From the NCBI GenBank assembly GCA_041553175.1, contig JBFEJM010000001.1, positions 1 through 25,818 on the forward strand: a stretch of DNA of 25,818 nt. The letters run 5' to 3'. The notes under the pieces were generated by a model, which saw only the letters and a program-made list of their open reading frames with translations, made no database searches and was not told where the DNA came from. How positions within the stretch are numbered: position 1 is the stretch's first letter; each line of letters begins with the position of its first letter. The position numbers and the translations under genes were made by a program. Shown piece by piece: positions 1-8,104 of this stretch. This DNA is from Gammaproteobacteria bacterium. Its GTDB lineage: Bacteria > Pseudomonadota > Gammaproteobacteria > Thiohalobacterales > Thiohalobacteraceae.

Positions 1-119
1 CGATAGACCTCGCGCACCTGGTCTTTTTCCAGGTAACGCTCGAGCTGCCGGCACAAGTCGCTGATCAGCAACCGCGGCTCGATCTCGTCCTGCGCCAATT
101 GTTCTGGAGTGACCGCCAT
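1..119 (-). CDS. spoT: Bifunctional (p)ppGpp synthetase/hydrolase SpoT, 5' fragment (runs off the window start)
   Basis: Manual translation from ATG at 119 gives MAVTPEQLAQDEIEPRLLISDLCRQLERYLEKDQVREVYR, which resembles the SpoT N-terminus; it lies directly downstream of gmk-rpoZ, the canonical position. Confidence 0.88.
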   Translation of the reverse strand, partial: MAVTPEQLAQDEIEPRLLISDLCRQLERYLEKDQVREVY

Positions 120-203
120 GTTAATCCCGCGCCAGCGCTGTGAGTGTCCGGACACGAACAAACCCGCACGCCCGCTGGCGGGCGCACTGCTGTGTCAATT
201 GGG

Positions 204-233
204 ATCATAGGCCAAAGGGGTGCCCAGCGTCAC
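204..233 (-). promoter_or_regulatory. Candidate sigma70 promoter for spoT inside the rpoZ-spoT spacer
   Basis: The minus strand reads GTGACG-N18-TATGAT (-35 at 228-233, -10 at 204-209), about 85 nt upstream of the spoT ATG. Confidence 0.4.
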
Positions 234-276
234 CCGAAGAGGAACTACCGCAGGCTGGGGGAGCGAACCGGTCCGC

Positions 277-621
277 TCAGGTGTCGTCTTCTTCCGCCGC
301 GGCGGCGGGAGCAGCGGGACCCGCGTCATCACCTTCCGGGGCAACAGTCGGCGCATCGGCGGCATCGGCAAACAGGGCCTCGGCCTGAGCTACAGCGTCC
401 GGCGCCTCTTCGACCTGCTCGTCGACGACATCCAGAATGGAAGGCCCGACCAGTCCGTCGGCAATCTCCCGCAGCGCCAGCACGGTCGGCTTGTCGTTTT
501 CCCAGGGAAGGGTCGTTTCAGAGCCGTTGGCCAGCTGCCGTGCACGTTTGGAAGCCACCAGTACCAGCTCGAAACGGTTAGCTACGTTGTCCAGACAATC
601 TTCAACGGTGATGCGCGCCAT
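277..621 (-). CDS. rpoZ: RNA polymerase omega subunit with a long acidic, Ala-rich C-terminal tail
   Basis: [30 protein letters not shown] and [16 protein letters not shown] are omega signature sequences; it sits between gmk and spoT. Confidence 0.98.
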   Translation of the reverse strand: MARITVEDCLDNVANRFELVLVASKRARQLANGSETTLPWENDKPTVLALREIADGLVGPSILDVVDEQVEEAPDAVAQAEALFADAADAPTVAPEGDDAGPAAPAAAAEEDDT

Positions 622-672
622 GGGCCCTGACCTTATTTAACGGATTAATGCGGGAGGAGGAGTCTACCCAAT

Positions 673-1293
673 TCAGGTGTTTGATTCCAGCAGGTTGGCC
701 AGCAACCCGGCGTGACGCTGGGCCTGGCGCGGCTGACGCAGGCGCTGGGCCCGGACCACGGCCATCAACTCCTCCAGCGCCGTCGGGAAATCATCGTTGA
801 TAATAAGGTAATCATATTCGGCATAGTGGGCACTCTCGCTGACGGCACCCTGCATGCGCCGGGCGATGGTGTCATCGGTATCCTGGCCACGTCCGCGCAG
901 ACGCGATTCCAGCGCCGCGCGCGATGGCGGCAGGATGAATACACTGACCACATCCGGCCAGGCATCGCGTACCTGGCGCGCGCCCTGCCAGTCGATATCC
1001 AGGAATACGTCCTGCCCCTGCAGCAGCTGCGCCTCGACCGAGGCCCGCGCTGTACCATAATAGTTATCGAACACCCGCGCGTGCTCGAGAAAGGCGCCGT
1101 CGGTGATCATCGCCTCAAAAGACGGTACATCGACAAAATGATAGTCACGACCGTCCTCCTCGCCGGGCCGCATGGCACGGGTGGTATGCGACGTCGAAAA
1201 CGCCAGCCCGCCCAGGCGTTCCATCATGGCCCGGACCAGGCTGGTCTTACCGGCCCCGGACGGCGCCGAGACAATAAAGAGTGCACCTTGCAT
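673..1293 (-). CDS. gmk: Guanylate kinase
   Basis: P-loop SAPSGAGKTSL, SHTTRAMRPGEEDGRDYHFV, LDIDWQGARQV, FILPPS and YDYLIINDDF motifs; 206 aa. Confidence 0.98.
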   Translation of the reverse strand: MQGALFIVSAPSGAGKTSLVRAMMERLGGLAFSTSHTTRAMRPGEEDGRDYHFVDVPSFEAMITDGAFLEHARVFDNYYGTARASVEAQLLQGQDVFLDIDWQGARQVRDAWPDVVSVFILPPSRAALESRLRGRGQDTDDTIARRMQGAVSESAHYAEYDYLIINDDFPTALEELMAVVRAQRLRQPRQAQRHAGLLANLLESNT

Positions 1294-1326
1294 GGTTGTA
1301 TCCGTTCTTCTTGCTCGTGAGGGAGA

Positions 1327-1335
1327 AAATTAGCA
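1327..1335 (-). promoter_or_regulatory. Candidate extended -10 promoter for gmk-rpoZ
   Basis: The minus strand reads TG-c-TAATTT about 35 nt upstream of the gmk start, in the 64-nt yicC-gmk gap. Confidence 0.35.
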
Positions 1336-1357
1336 TGCGCCGCGCGGGACTGGGCGC

Positions 1358-2221
1358 CTATTCGACGTTCTGCACCTGTTCGCGCATTTGCTCGATCAGC
1401 ACCTTGAGTTCGACCGAGACCTTGGTCGTCTCGCTGTCGGCGGACTTGGAACCGAGGGTATTGGCCTCGCGATTGAATTCCTGCATCAGAAAATCCAGCC
1501 GCCGGCCGACCGGCTCATTGCCTTTGAGCACCCGGCGGACTTCGGCGATATGGCCGGTCAGACGGTCGAGTTCCTCATCCACATCCATCTTCTGCGCCAA
1601 GTAGGCCAGCTCCTGTTCGAGTCGGTCCGGGTCCGGATTGCTGCTGAGCTCTTCCACGCGTATCCGCAATTTGTCGCGGATGCGCGCCAGAACCTCCGGC
1701 AATCGGGCCCGCACCAGTTCGACCAATGGCGGCATCGCGTCCAGCCGGGCCAGCAATACCTCTTTGATCTGGACGCCTTCGCGTTCGCGGGTCGCGACCA
1801 GCTCTTCGAGCGCCTGATCGAACAGCGTCAGCGCGGCCTCGGCGAGCGGCGCGGGATCCGAGCGCTCCTCCAGGATCACGCCCGGCCAGCGCAGGATGTC
1901 GAGCGGTGACGGCGCCGTCGCCTGGGCCAATCGACCCTGAATCTGGTCGCTGGCACCAAGCACCTGTTCCACCACCTGCTCATCCAGGCGCAAGGTTTCG
2001 CGCCGCTGGGCCGGCTTATAGCGCAGGCTGCAGTCCAGCTTGCCGCGGCCCAGCCGGCGGGTGGCACGCTCGCGAATGGCCGGCTCCAGGCCGCGCAGCT
2101 CATCCGGCAGCCTGAGGCCGAGTTCGAGATAGCGATGGTTCACCGAACGCAGTTCCCAGGTCAGAGAACCCCACTCGCCTTCGCCCTCCTGGCGCGCGAA
2201 CGCCGTCATGCTTCGAATCAT
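1358..2221 (-). CDS. yicC: YicC/YloC family endoribonuclease
   Basis: Starting at MIRSMTAFAR (ATG 2221) gives 287 aa with ELRSVNHRYLE, RGKLDC, DVDEELDRL, GRRLDFLMQEFNREANTLGSKS and KVLIEQMREQVQNVE. The ORF-track extension to 2674 overlaps the kinase gene and is not used. Confidence 0.96.
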   Translation of the reverse strand: MIRSMTAFARQEGEGEWGSLTWELRSVNHRYLELGLRLPDELRGLEPAIRERATRRLGRGKLDCSLRYKPAQRRETLRLDEQVVEQVLGASDQIQGRLAQATAPSPLDILRWPGVILEERSDPAPLAEAALTLFDQALEELVATREREGVQIKEVLLARLDAMPPLVELVRARLPEVLARIRDKLRIRVEELSSNPDPDRLEQELAYLAQKMDVDEELDRLTGHIAEVRRVLKGNEPVGRRLDFLMQEFNREANTLGSKSADSETTKVSVELKVLIEQMREQVQNVE

Positions 2222-2398
2222 GATTTGTCCATAAGGTGATGAATTTCCAAACCAGGAATGCTTGTTTTCCTCAAGTAGCCTGGGTGCGCTGCCGATTTGA
2301 GCCCCAATGGTACGGCTTTGCGGCCGGCCGCGAAACAGCACCGGCAAGCCAGCCGCCGCGCCCGATGAAAGCGTCGTATATACAGATAAGTAGGCTTG

Positions 2399-3346
2399 AT
2401 GAAGAAACACCCTCCAGCGCTGCCCAAAGGCACTCGCCTTGATCGCTATCTGATCGAAAAGACCCTCGGCGGGGGCGGGTTCAGTGTGGTGTATCACGCC
2501 CGGGATCTGGACAACGGCGAACCGGTCGTCATCAAGGAATACATCCCTAACCGCCTGGCGCAGCGACGTAAAGACCTGAGCGTGGCGCCCAAGAGCGAGG
2601 ACGACACCAGCCGCTTCAATCGGGGCCGCATGCTGTTCTTCCAGGAGGCCAGCGCGCTGGCCACCCTGAAACACCCCAACATCGTCAACGTGCTAAGCTT
2701 TTTCCGCGCCAATGGCACGGTGTATATGGTGATGGAATACCAGGATGGCAAAAACCTGCAGGCCTATCTCTCGGCACGGCGCGGGAACCTGAGCGAGAAG
2801 TTCCTGCGCACCGTGTTCCCGCCGCTGCTGGATGGGCTGGCCGCCATCCACAGCCAGGACCTGCTGCACCTCGACATCAAACCCGGCAACATCCATATTC
2901 GGCCGGGCGGACAGCCCCTGTTGCTCGACTTCGGCGCTGTGCACGGTTTTCCACAGAGCCGGCAAAGCCAGCCCGGACAGGTCGTCAGCCCCGGATTTTC
3001 ACCGATCGAACAGTACGAAGTGAATGGCTACGTCGGCCCCTGGACTGACATCTACGCCTTTGGTGCAACCATGCGCACCTGTATTGACGGCAAACCGCCA
3101 CCGCCCGCGAAACAGCGGCATGAACGCGACAACCTGCGCAGTGCGCGCAGCGCCTTTCGCAAGCGTTACTCGGACAGTCTGCTGGCGGCCATCGACTGGG
3201 CGATGGAGGTCGATCCGATGCTGCGCCCCCAGTCCGTGGCCGAGTTCCGCACCGCACTGTTGGCGCAGGATTCAGCGGAACCGGATTCCGGACCGGCCTC
3301 TACTTTTGAACGACTGGTGGGCAGCCTGCCCTGGGGCAAGGGGTAG
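2399..3346 (+). CDS. Soluble Hanks-type serine/threonine protein kinase
   Basis: Gly-rich loop LGGGGFSVVY, VVIKE lysine, alphaC Glu (FFQEA), catalytic HLDIKPGN, DFG, SPIEQ (APE equivalent) and DIYAFG; no transmembrane segment seen. ATG 2399 is preferred over TTG 2396. Confidence 0.95.
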   Translation: MKKHPPALPKGTRLDRYLIEKTLGGGGFSVVYHARDLDNGEPVVIKEYIPNRLAQRRKDLSVAPKSEDDTSRFNRGRMLFFQEASALATLKHPNIVNVLSFFRANGTVYMVMEYQDGKNLQAYLSARRGNLSEKFLRTVFPPLLDGLAAIHSQDLLHLDIKPGNIHIRPGGQPLLLDFGAVHGFPQSRQSQPGQVVSPGFSPIEQYEVNGYVGPWTDIYAFGATMRTCIDGKPPPPAKQRHERDNLRSARSAFRKRYSDSLLAAIDWAMEVDPMLRPQSVAEFRTALLAQDSAEPDSGPASTFERLVGSLPWGKG

Positions 3347-3349
3347 AAG

Positions 3350-4219
3350 ATGCTGTTCTCCGTCGGCCAAGCCAACCGTCTCGGCAATCGCGCCAGCAAT
3401 CAGGACCGCTGCCTGATGCTGGAGCGCAACGATACGGTCATTCTGGCAGTGGCCGACGGCATGGGCGGACATGCCCGCGGCGACCTCGCCGCCCAGGCCT
3501 TTGTCGACTCCCTCAGCCGTCAGTTCTGCAGCCGCGACGAACTTGACGATGCTGCCAAGTTTCTGCGTGGCGCGTTTCCGGAGGCGCACCGTACCATTCA
3601 AAGGGTCGGTCAGGCGCAAAACCCGCCGCTGCAGCCATTGACGACAGGTGTAGCCTGCATCGTCCAGGACGGTGTCGCGCAATGGGCGCACATCGGCGAC
3701 AGCCGCGCCTATCTCATCCGCGACGGGCATGTCGAGTTACGCACACGCGACCACACCCGGGTCGCCGATATGATCGAGGCCGGCCTGATTACCGAACAGC
3801 AGGCACGCATCCATCCACTGCGCAATCATGTCAGCATGTGCCTCGGTGGCACGCCACAACCGCAACCGGTCACACTGGGCCCGACCATCTACCTGGTGCC
3901 GGGCGACACCTTGTTGCTGTGCAGCGATGGTTTGTGGTCAGCCATATCCGAGACACGCCTGCTCGAATCTCTGGCTCAGGACGAGCTTGCTGAAGCGATC
4001 GACGCGCTGGCCGAGATCGCGGAGCGTGCAAGCTACCCGCAAAGCGATAATGTCAGCGCTGTCGCGCTGCGCTGGGAGGGACCGCAGGCCTGCCCCCTGG
4101 CAACCGATGAGGACAGGCCGCATCCGAGCCGCACGTTCGAGGGCGACCCGGTGGAACGTGCCATTGCCGAAATCAATCAGGCGCTTGACGAATACGGTTC
4201 GGAAATGGATCTCGACTGA
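3350..4219 (+). CDS. PP2C/PPM-family Ser/Thr protein phosphatase
   Basis: NQD, VADGMGGH, HIGDSRAY, LLLCSDGL and DNVS metal-binding motifs; starts 3 nt after the kinase stop. Confidence 0.95.
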   Translation: MLFSVGQANRLGNRASNQDRCLMLERNDTVILAVADGMGGHARGDLAAQAFVDSLSRQFCSRDELDDAAKFLRGAFPEAHRTIQRVGQAQNPPLQPLTTGVACIVQDGVAQWAHIGDSRAYLIRDGHVELRTRDHTRVADMIEAGLITEQQARIHPLRNHVSMCLGGTPQPQPVTLGPTIYLVPGDTLLLCSDGLWSAISETRLLESLAQDELAEAIDALAEIAERASYPQSDNVSAVALRWEGPQACPLATDEDRPHPSRTFEGDPVERAIAEINQALDEYGSEMDLD

Positions 4220-4275
4220 ACCCCGCTGCACGAAACTTCTTTTTCGACGCCTCCCCATTGTCGTCGACCCCCCGG

Positions 4276-4281
4276 TATAAT
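4276..4281 (+). promoter_or_regulatory. Candidate -10 element for rph-rdgB-MMPL
   Basis: Perfect TATAAT in the 145-nt gap upstream of rph; there is no convincing -35 at 17-bp spacing. Confidence 0.4.
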
Positions 4282-4364
4282 CCTCTGTCATCCATTCCGG
4301 GTATCCAAAGCACCTGCGGCGTTGTGCGCGCTGGGCCGGGATTCCCACCGACACAGGATTTGCC

Positions 4365-5087
4365 ATGCGCCCAAGCAATCGCGCCGCCGACGAACTGCGT
4401 ACCATCCGTATCACCCGCCGCTATACCAAGCACGCCGAGGGTTCGGTGCTGGTCGAGTTCGGCGACACCCGTGTTCTTTGTACCGCCAGCGTCGAGGAGC
4501 GCGTGCCGGGTTTTCTACGCGGAAAGAACCAAGGCTGGGTGACGGCGGAATACGGCATGTTGCCGCGCTCGACCGGCACACGCATGGATCGTGAAGCATC
4601 GCGCGGAAAGCAGGGCGGCCGCACACTGGAGATTCAACGCCTCATCGGTCGTTCCCTGCGCGCCGTGATCGATCTTAAAGCGCTGGGTGAACGCTCTCTG
4701 ACCATCGACTGCGATGTGATCCAGGCCGACGGCGGCACCCGCACCGCCAGCATTACCGGCGGTTATGTTGCACTCGCCGATGCAGTGACACATCTGATGG
4801 ACAAGGGTGTGCTGAATACGAACCCGTTGCGTGGCCAGGTTGCCTCGGTATCGGTGGGCGTCTATCAGGGCGAACCCGTACTCGACCTCGACTATGCGGA
4901 GGACTGCAATGCCGAAACCGATATGAATGTAGTCATGAACGATCAGGGCGACTTCATCGAGGTTCAAGGCACCGCCGAGGGACATCCGTTTTCACGCGAC
5001 GAACTGCTGTCCATGCTGGATCTCGCCCAGGGCGGCATCTTCCGACTGGTCGAAGCGCAAAAGCAGGCGCTGGCCAAACAACTCTGA
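4365..5087 (+). CDS. rph: Ribonuclease PH
   Basis: [72 protein letters not shown] and EVQGTAEG. Confidence 0.99.
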   Translation: MRPSNRAADELRTIRITRRYTKHAEGSVLVEFGDTRVLCTASVEERVPGFLRGKNQGWVTAEYGMLPRSTGTRMDREASRGKQGGRTLEIQRLIGRSLRAVIDLKALGERSLTIDCDVIQADGGTRTASITGGYVALADAVTHLMDKGVLNTNPLRGQVASVSVGVYQGEPVLDLDYAEDCNAETDMNVVMNDQGDFIEVQGTAEGHPFSRDELLSMLDLAQGGIFRLVEAQKQALAKQL

Positions 5088-5101
5088 ACAAGGCCGCCAC
5101 C

Positions 5102-5692
5102 ATGACCGACATCGTGCTCGCCAGTAACAATCAGGGGAAGGTGCGCGAGTTCAACGAACTTCTCGCCGGCCGCGACATTAAAGTCGTTCCGCAGTCGCAG
5201 TACCGGGTCGAAGAAATCGAGGAGACCGGCCTGACCTTCGTCGAGAACGCCATTCTCAAGGCACGCAACGCCGCACAGCATACCGGGCTACCGGCGCTGG
5301 CGGACGATTCCGGCATCGAGGTGGACGCCCTGCAGGGCGCACCCGGCATCTACTCCGCCCGTTATGCCGGCATGGGCGCAGGCGACCAGGCCAATCTGCA
5401 AAAGCTGCTGGCGGATCTGAAAGATATTCCGGAAGCACAGCGCAGCGCCCGTTTCCAATGCCTGATGGTATACATGCGACATGCCAAGGACCCAACGCCG
5501 CTCATTTGCCAGGGCACCTGGGAAGGCCGAATCCTGTTGGAACCGCGTGGTCACAATGGCTTCGGTTACGATCCCGTTTTCTTTGTGCCCACACATAACT
5601 GCAGTTCAGCCGAACTCGAACCCGCGGTGAAAAACACCATGAGCCATCGTGGTCAGGCCCTACGCAAACTGATCGCCGCACTCACTGCCTGA
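5102..5692 (+). CDS. rdgB: Non-canonical purine NTP pyrophosphatase (dITP/XTP), HAM1 family
   Basis: [56 protein letters not shown] and MSHRGQAL. Confidence 0.98.
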   Translation: MTDIVLASNNQGKVREFNELLAGRDIKVVPQSQYRVEEIEETGLTFVENAILKARNAAQHTGLPALADDSGIEVDALQGAPGIYSARYAGMGAGDQANLQKLLADLKDIPEAQRSARFQCLMVYMRHAKDPTPLICQGTWEGRILLEPRGHNGFGYDPVFFVPTHNCSSAELEPAVKNTMSHRGQALRKLIAALTA

Positions 5693-5705
5693 ACGCCGCC
5701 ACCCG

Positions 5706-8051
5706 ATGACCTTTGCCATGGATCAGGCACCAGCCAAACATGGAACGGCGACCCTCTTTGCACGGACCGTATTACGCTGGCGCTGGCTTATCCTGATTAT
5801 CGTCTTGGCAATTGTCGCCACCGCCGCGGGCGGGCTTGCGCGACTGAAGCCCGAGAATGATGCACGCATCTGGTTCGGGCCGGACAACCCGCAACTGCTG
5901 GCACTGGAATCACTCGAAAACACCTATAACAAGATCGACAATGTCTATATTGCCATCGCACCGGCCGATGGCGATGTGTTCACCCGTGAGACATTAAGTG
6001 TCATTCATGCCATCACCGCGCTGGCCTGGCAGATTCCTTACGCCAATCGCGTTGACTCGATCACCAATTTCCAACATACGGAAGCCGATGGCGACGACCT
6101 TTACGTCGGCGATCTGGTTCCGGATCCGGCCGACCTCACGGATGCTGAGCTTGCGCGCGTCCGCTCGATTGCGCTGAGCAACACGCTGCTGGTCAACCGA
6201 CTGCTTTCACCCAGCGGCCACGCAACCGGCATCAGCGCGAACATCGTCAGACCGGCGAAGGATCCGGACGAAAGCAGAGTGATTACCCGGCATGTGCATG
6301 CCATGCTGGAACCGTTCCGCAGTCAACATCCCGATATACAGTTTCATGTTACCGGCGGCGTTCCCTTTGACGCCGGTTTCGGCGATGCCACCGCGGATGA
6401 TTTGAGCACATTCATTCCGATCATGTTTGCCGTGCTGGCAATGACTATGGCACTGCTGTTGCGTTCGATTCTCGGCATGCTGGCAACCATGCTGGTGATA
6501 GGCCTGTCGACGACATTCGCGATGGGTGTCGCCGGTTGGCTTGGTATAGGCCTCAATCCCGCTACAGGCATTGCACCGACCATTATTCTGACTTTGGCCG
6601 TCGCCGACAGCGTGCATATTCTGGTTGCGGTATTCCAGGGCCTGGCGCAGGGACTCAGTCGCGATGATGCGATTGTGCGCTCACTGGAACTGAACCTGCA
6701 GCCGGTCGGCATCACCAGCGCGACCACCGCCATCGGCTTTCTGAGCATGAATTTTTCCGATGCGCCGCCGTTTCACGATCTTGGTAATACCGTCGCCATC
6801 GGCGTGCTCGCCGCCTGGCTTTTCTCCGTCACCTTCCTGCCCGCTCTGACCTCCATGCTGCCACTCGCGAGTCGAATCGGGCGCAAACAGCAGGTACGCA
6901 GTGTCATGGAGAAATTGGCCGGATTCGTTGTGCGCCGGCAACGCCTGCTGCTCATCACCACCAGCATGGCCGCGATAGCGGCGCTCAGCGGGCTTCCACG
7001 CATCGAACTCAATGACAGCTTTCTGGAATACCTCAATCCACGCTACCCGGTCCGCCAGGCAACCACGTTCGTGCAGGAAAACCTGACCGGCATGGACGCG
7101 ATCGAATATTCCGTGCCTGCCGCCGGCCCGGGCGGCATCAGCGACCCGGACTATCTGCACAAGCTGGACGAGTTCGCTCACTGGCTGCGCGGACAACCTG
7201 GCGTGGTCCATGTCAACGTCTTCACGGACATACTCAAGCGACTGAACCGCAATCTGCATGGCGATGACCCCGGCTGGTACCGGCTGCCCGACAATCGCGA
7301 ACTGGCCGCACAGTATCTTTTGCTATACGAAATGTCGGTGCCCTATGGCCTGGATCTCAACAACCGCATCAACATCGACAAGTCCGCCACTCGCGTAACG
7401 GCCATTTTGCGCAATCAGACCACACGTTCCATGCGCGCACTGGATGAACGGGCGCGTGAATGGCTCAAGACCAACGCACCTTCACACATGTTCGCCTATG
7501 GGGCGGGACTCTCGATCATGTTCGCGCATGTCTCCGAAACCAATATCAACTCCATGCTGACGGGATCGATTCTGGCGTTGGTATTGATATCCATTCTGCT
7601 GATCGTTGCACTGCGCAGCCCCCGTTTCGGCCTGCTGAGTCTGATACCCAATCTGGGGCCGGCACTGATGGCGTTTGGCCTCTGGGGCTATACCGTCGGC
7701 CAGGTGGGTCTGGCCTCGGCAGTACTCATTGCGCTCACCCTCGGCATCGTGGTGGACGACACCGTACATTTCATCAGCAAGTATCTGCGCGCCCGCCGCG
7801 AACGGTCTCTGACGCCGGTCACCGCGATCCACTATGCCTTTGGCGCGGTGGGTACGGCCATGTGGGTCACCACGCTGGTTCTGGTGGCGGGCTTCGGCAC
7901 GCTGGCGCTGTCAGGCTATAAGGTGAACGCCGACATGGGTCTGCTGACCAGTATCACCATCGTCCTGGCATTGCTGCTCGACTTTCTGCTCTTGCCTCCG
8001 CTACTGATGTATATGGAACGCGGTGCAGACGACTCCGCCGGCAGAACATAG
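5706..8051 (+). CDS. MMPL-family (RND superfamily) transporter
   Basis: 781 aa made of two repeats, each with one TM helix, a large periplasmic domain and about five TM helices. The paired TM4/TM10-type acidic motifs TLAVADSVH and GIVVDDTVH are present. Substrate unknown. Confidence 0.92.
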   Translation: MTFAMDQAPAKHGTATLFARTVLRWRWLILIIVLAIVATAAGGLARLKPENDARIWFGPDNPQLLALESLENTYNKIDNVYIAIAPADGDVFTRETLSVIHAITALAWQIPYANRVDSITNFQHTEADGDDLYVGDLVPDPADLTDAELARVRSIALSNTLLVNRLLSPSGHATGISANIVRPAKDPDESRVITRHVHAMLEPFRSQHPDIQFHVTGGVPFDAGFGDATADDLSTFIPIMFAVLAMTMALLLRSILGMLATMLVIGLSTTFAMGVAGWLGIGLNPATGIAPTIILTLAVADSVHILVAVFQGLAQGLSRDDAIVRSLELNLQPVGITSATTAIGFLSMNFSDAPPFHDLGNTVAIGVLAAWLFSVTFLPALTSMLPLASRIGRKQQVRSVMEKLAGFVVRRQRLLLITTSMAAIAALSGLPRIELNDSFLEYLNPRYPVRQATTFVQENLTGMDAIEYSVPAAGPGGISDPDYLHKLDEFAHWLRGQPGVVHVNVFTDILKRLNRNLHGDDPGWYRLPDNRELAAQYLLLYEMSVPYGLDLNNRINIDKSATRVTAILRNQTTRSMRALDERAREWLKTNAPSHMFAYGAGLSIMFAHVSETNINSMLTGSILALVLISILLIVALRSPRFGLLSLIPNLGPALMAFGLWGYTVGQVGLASAVLIALTLGIVVDDTVHFISKYLRARRERSLTPVTAIHYAFGAVGTAMWVTTLVLVAGFGTLALSGYKVNADMGLLTSITIVLALLLDFLLLPPLLMYMERGADDSAGRT

Positions 8052-8064
8052 CTTGACGCTCCGG

Positions 8065-8073
8065 TGCTAGAAT
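8065..8073 (+). promoter_or_regulatory. Candidate extended -10 promoter for hemW-CPXCG-rof
   Basis: TG-c-TAGAAT, 14 nt after the MMPL stop and 31 nt before the hemW ATG. Confidence 0.5.
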
Positions 8074-8104
8074 ACGCACCCCCATTGAATCTGTGGCCTT
8101 GAGC

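Noticed and set aside
2317-2334. Palindrome TTTGCGGCCGGCCGCGAA in the yicC/kinase divergent region
   Set aside because: The core is all G/C in a GC-rich genome, with no second copy or recognisable operator; plausibly chance.
2222-2674. N-terminal extension of the YicC ORF to 438 aa
   Set aside because: It overlaps the kinase gene on the opposite strand; the family start MIRSMT at 2221 gives the normal 287 aa.
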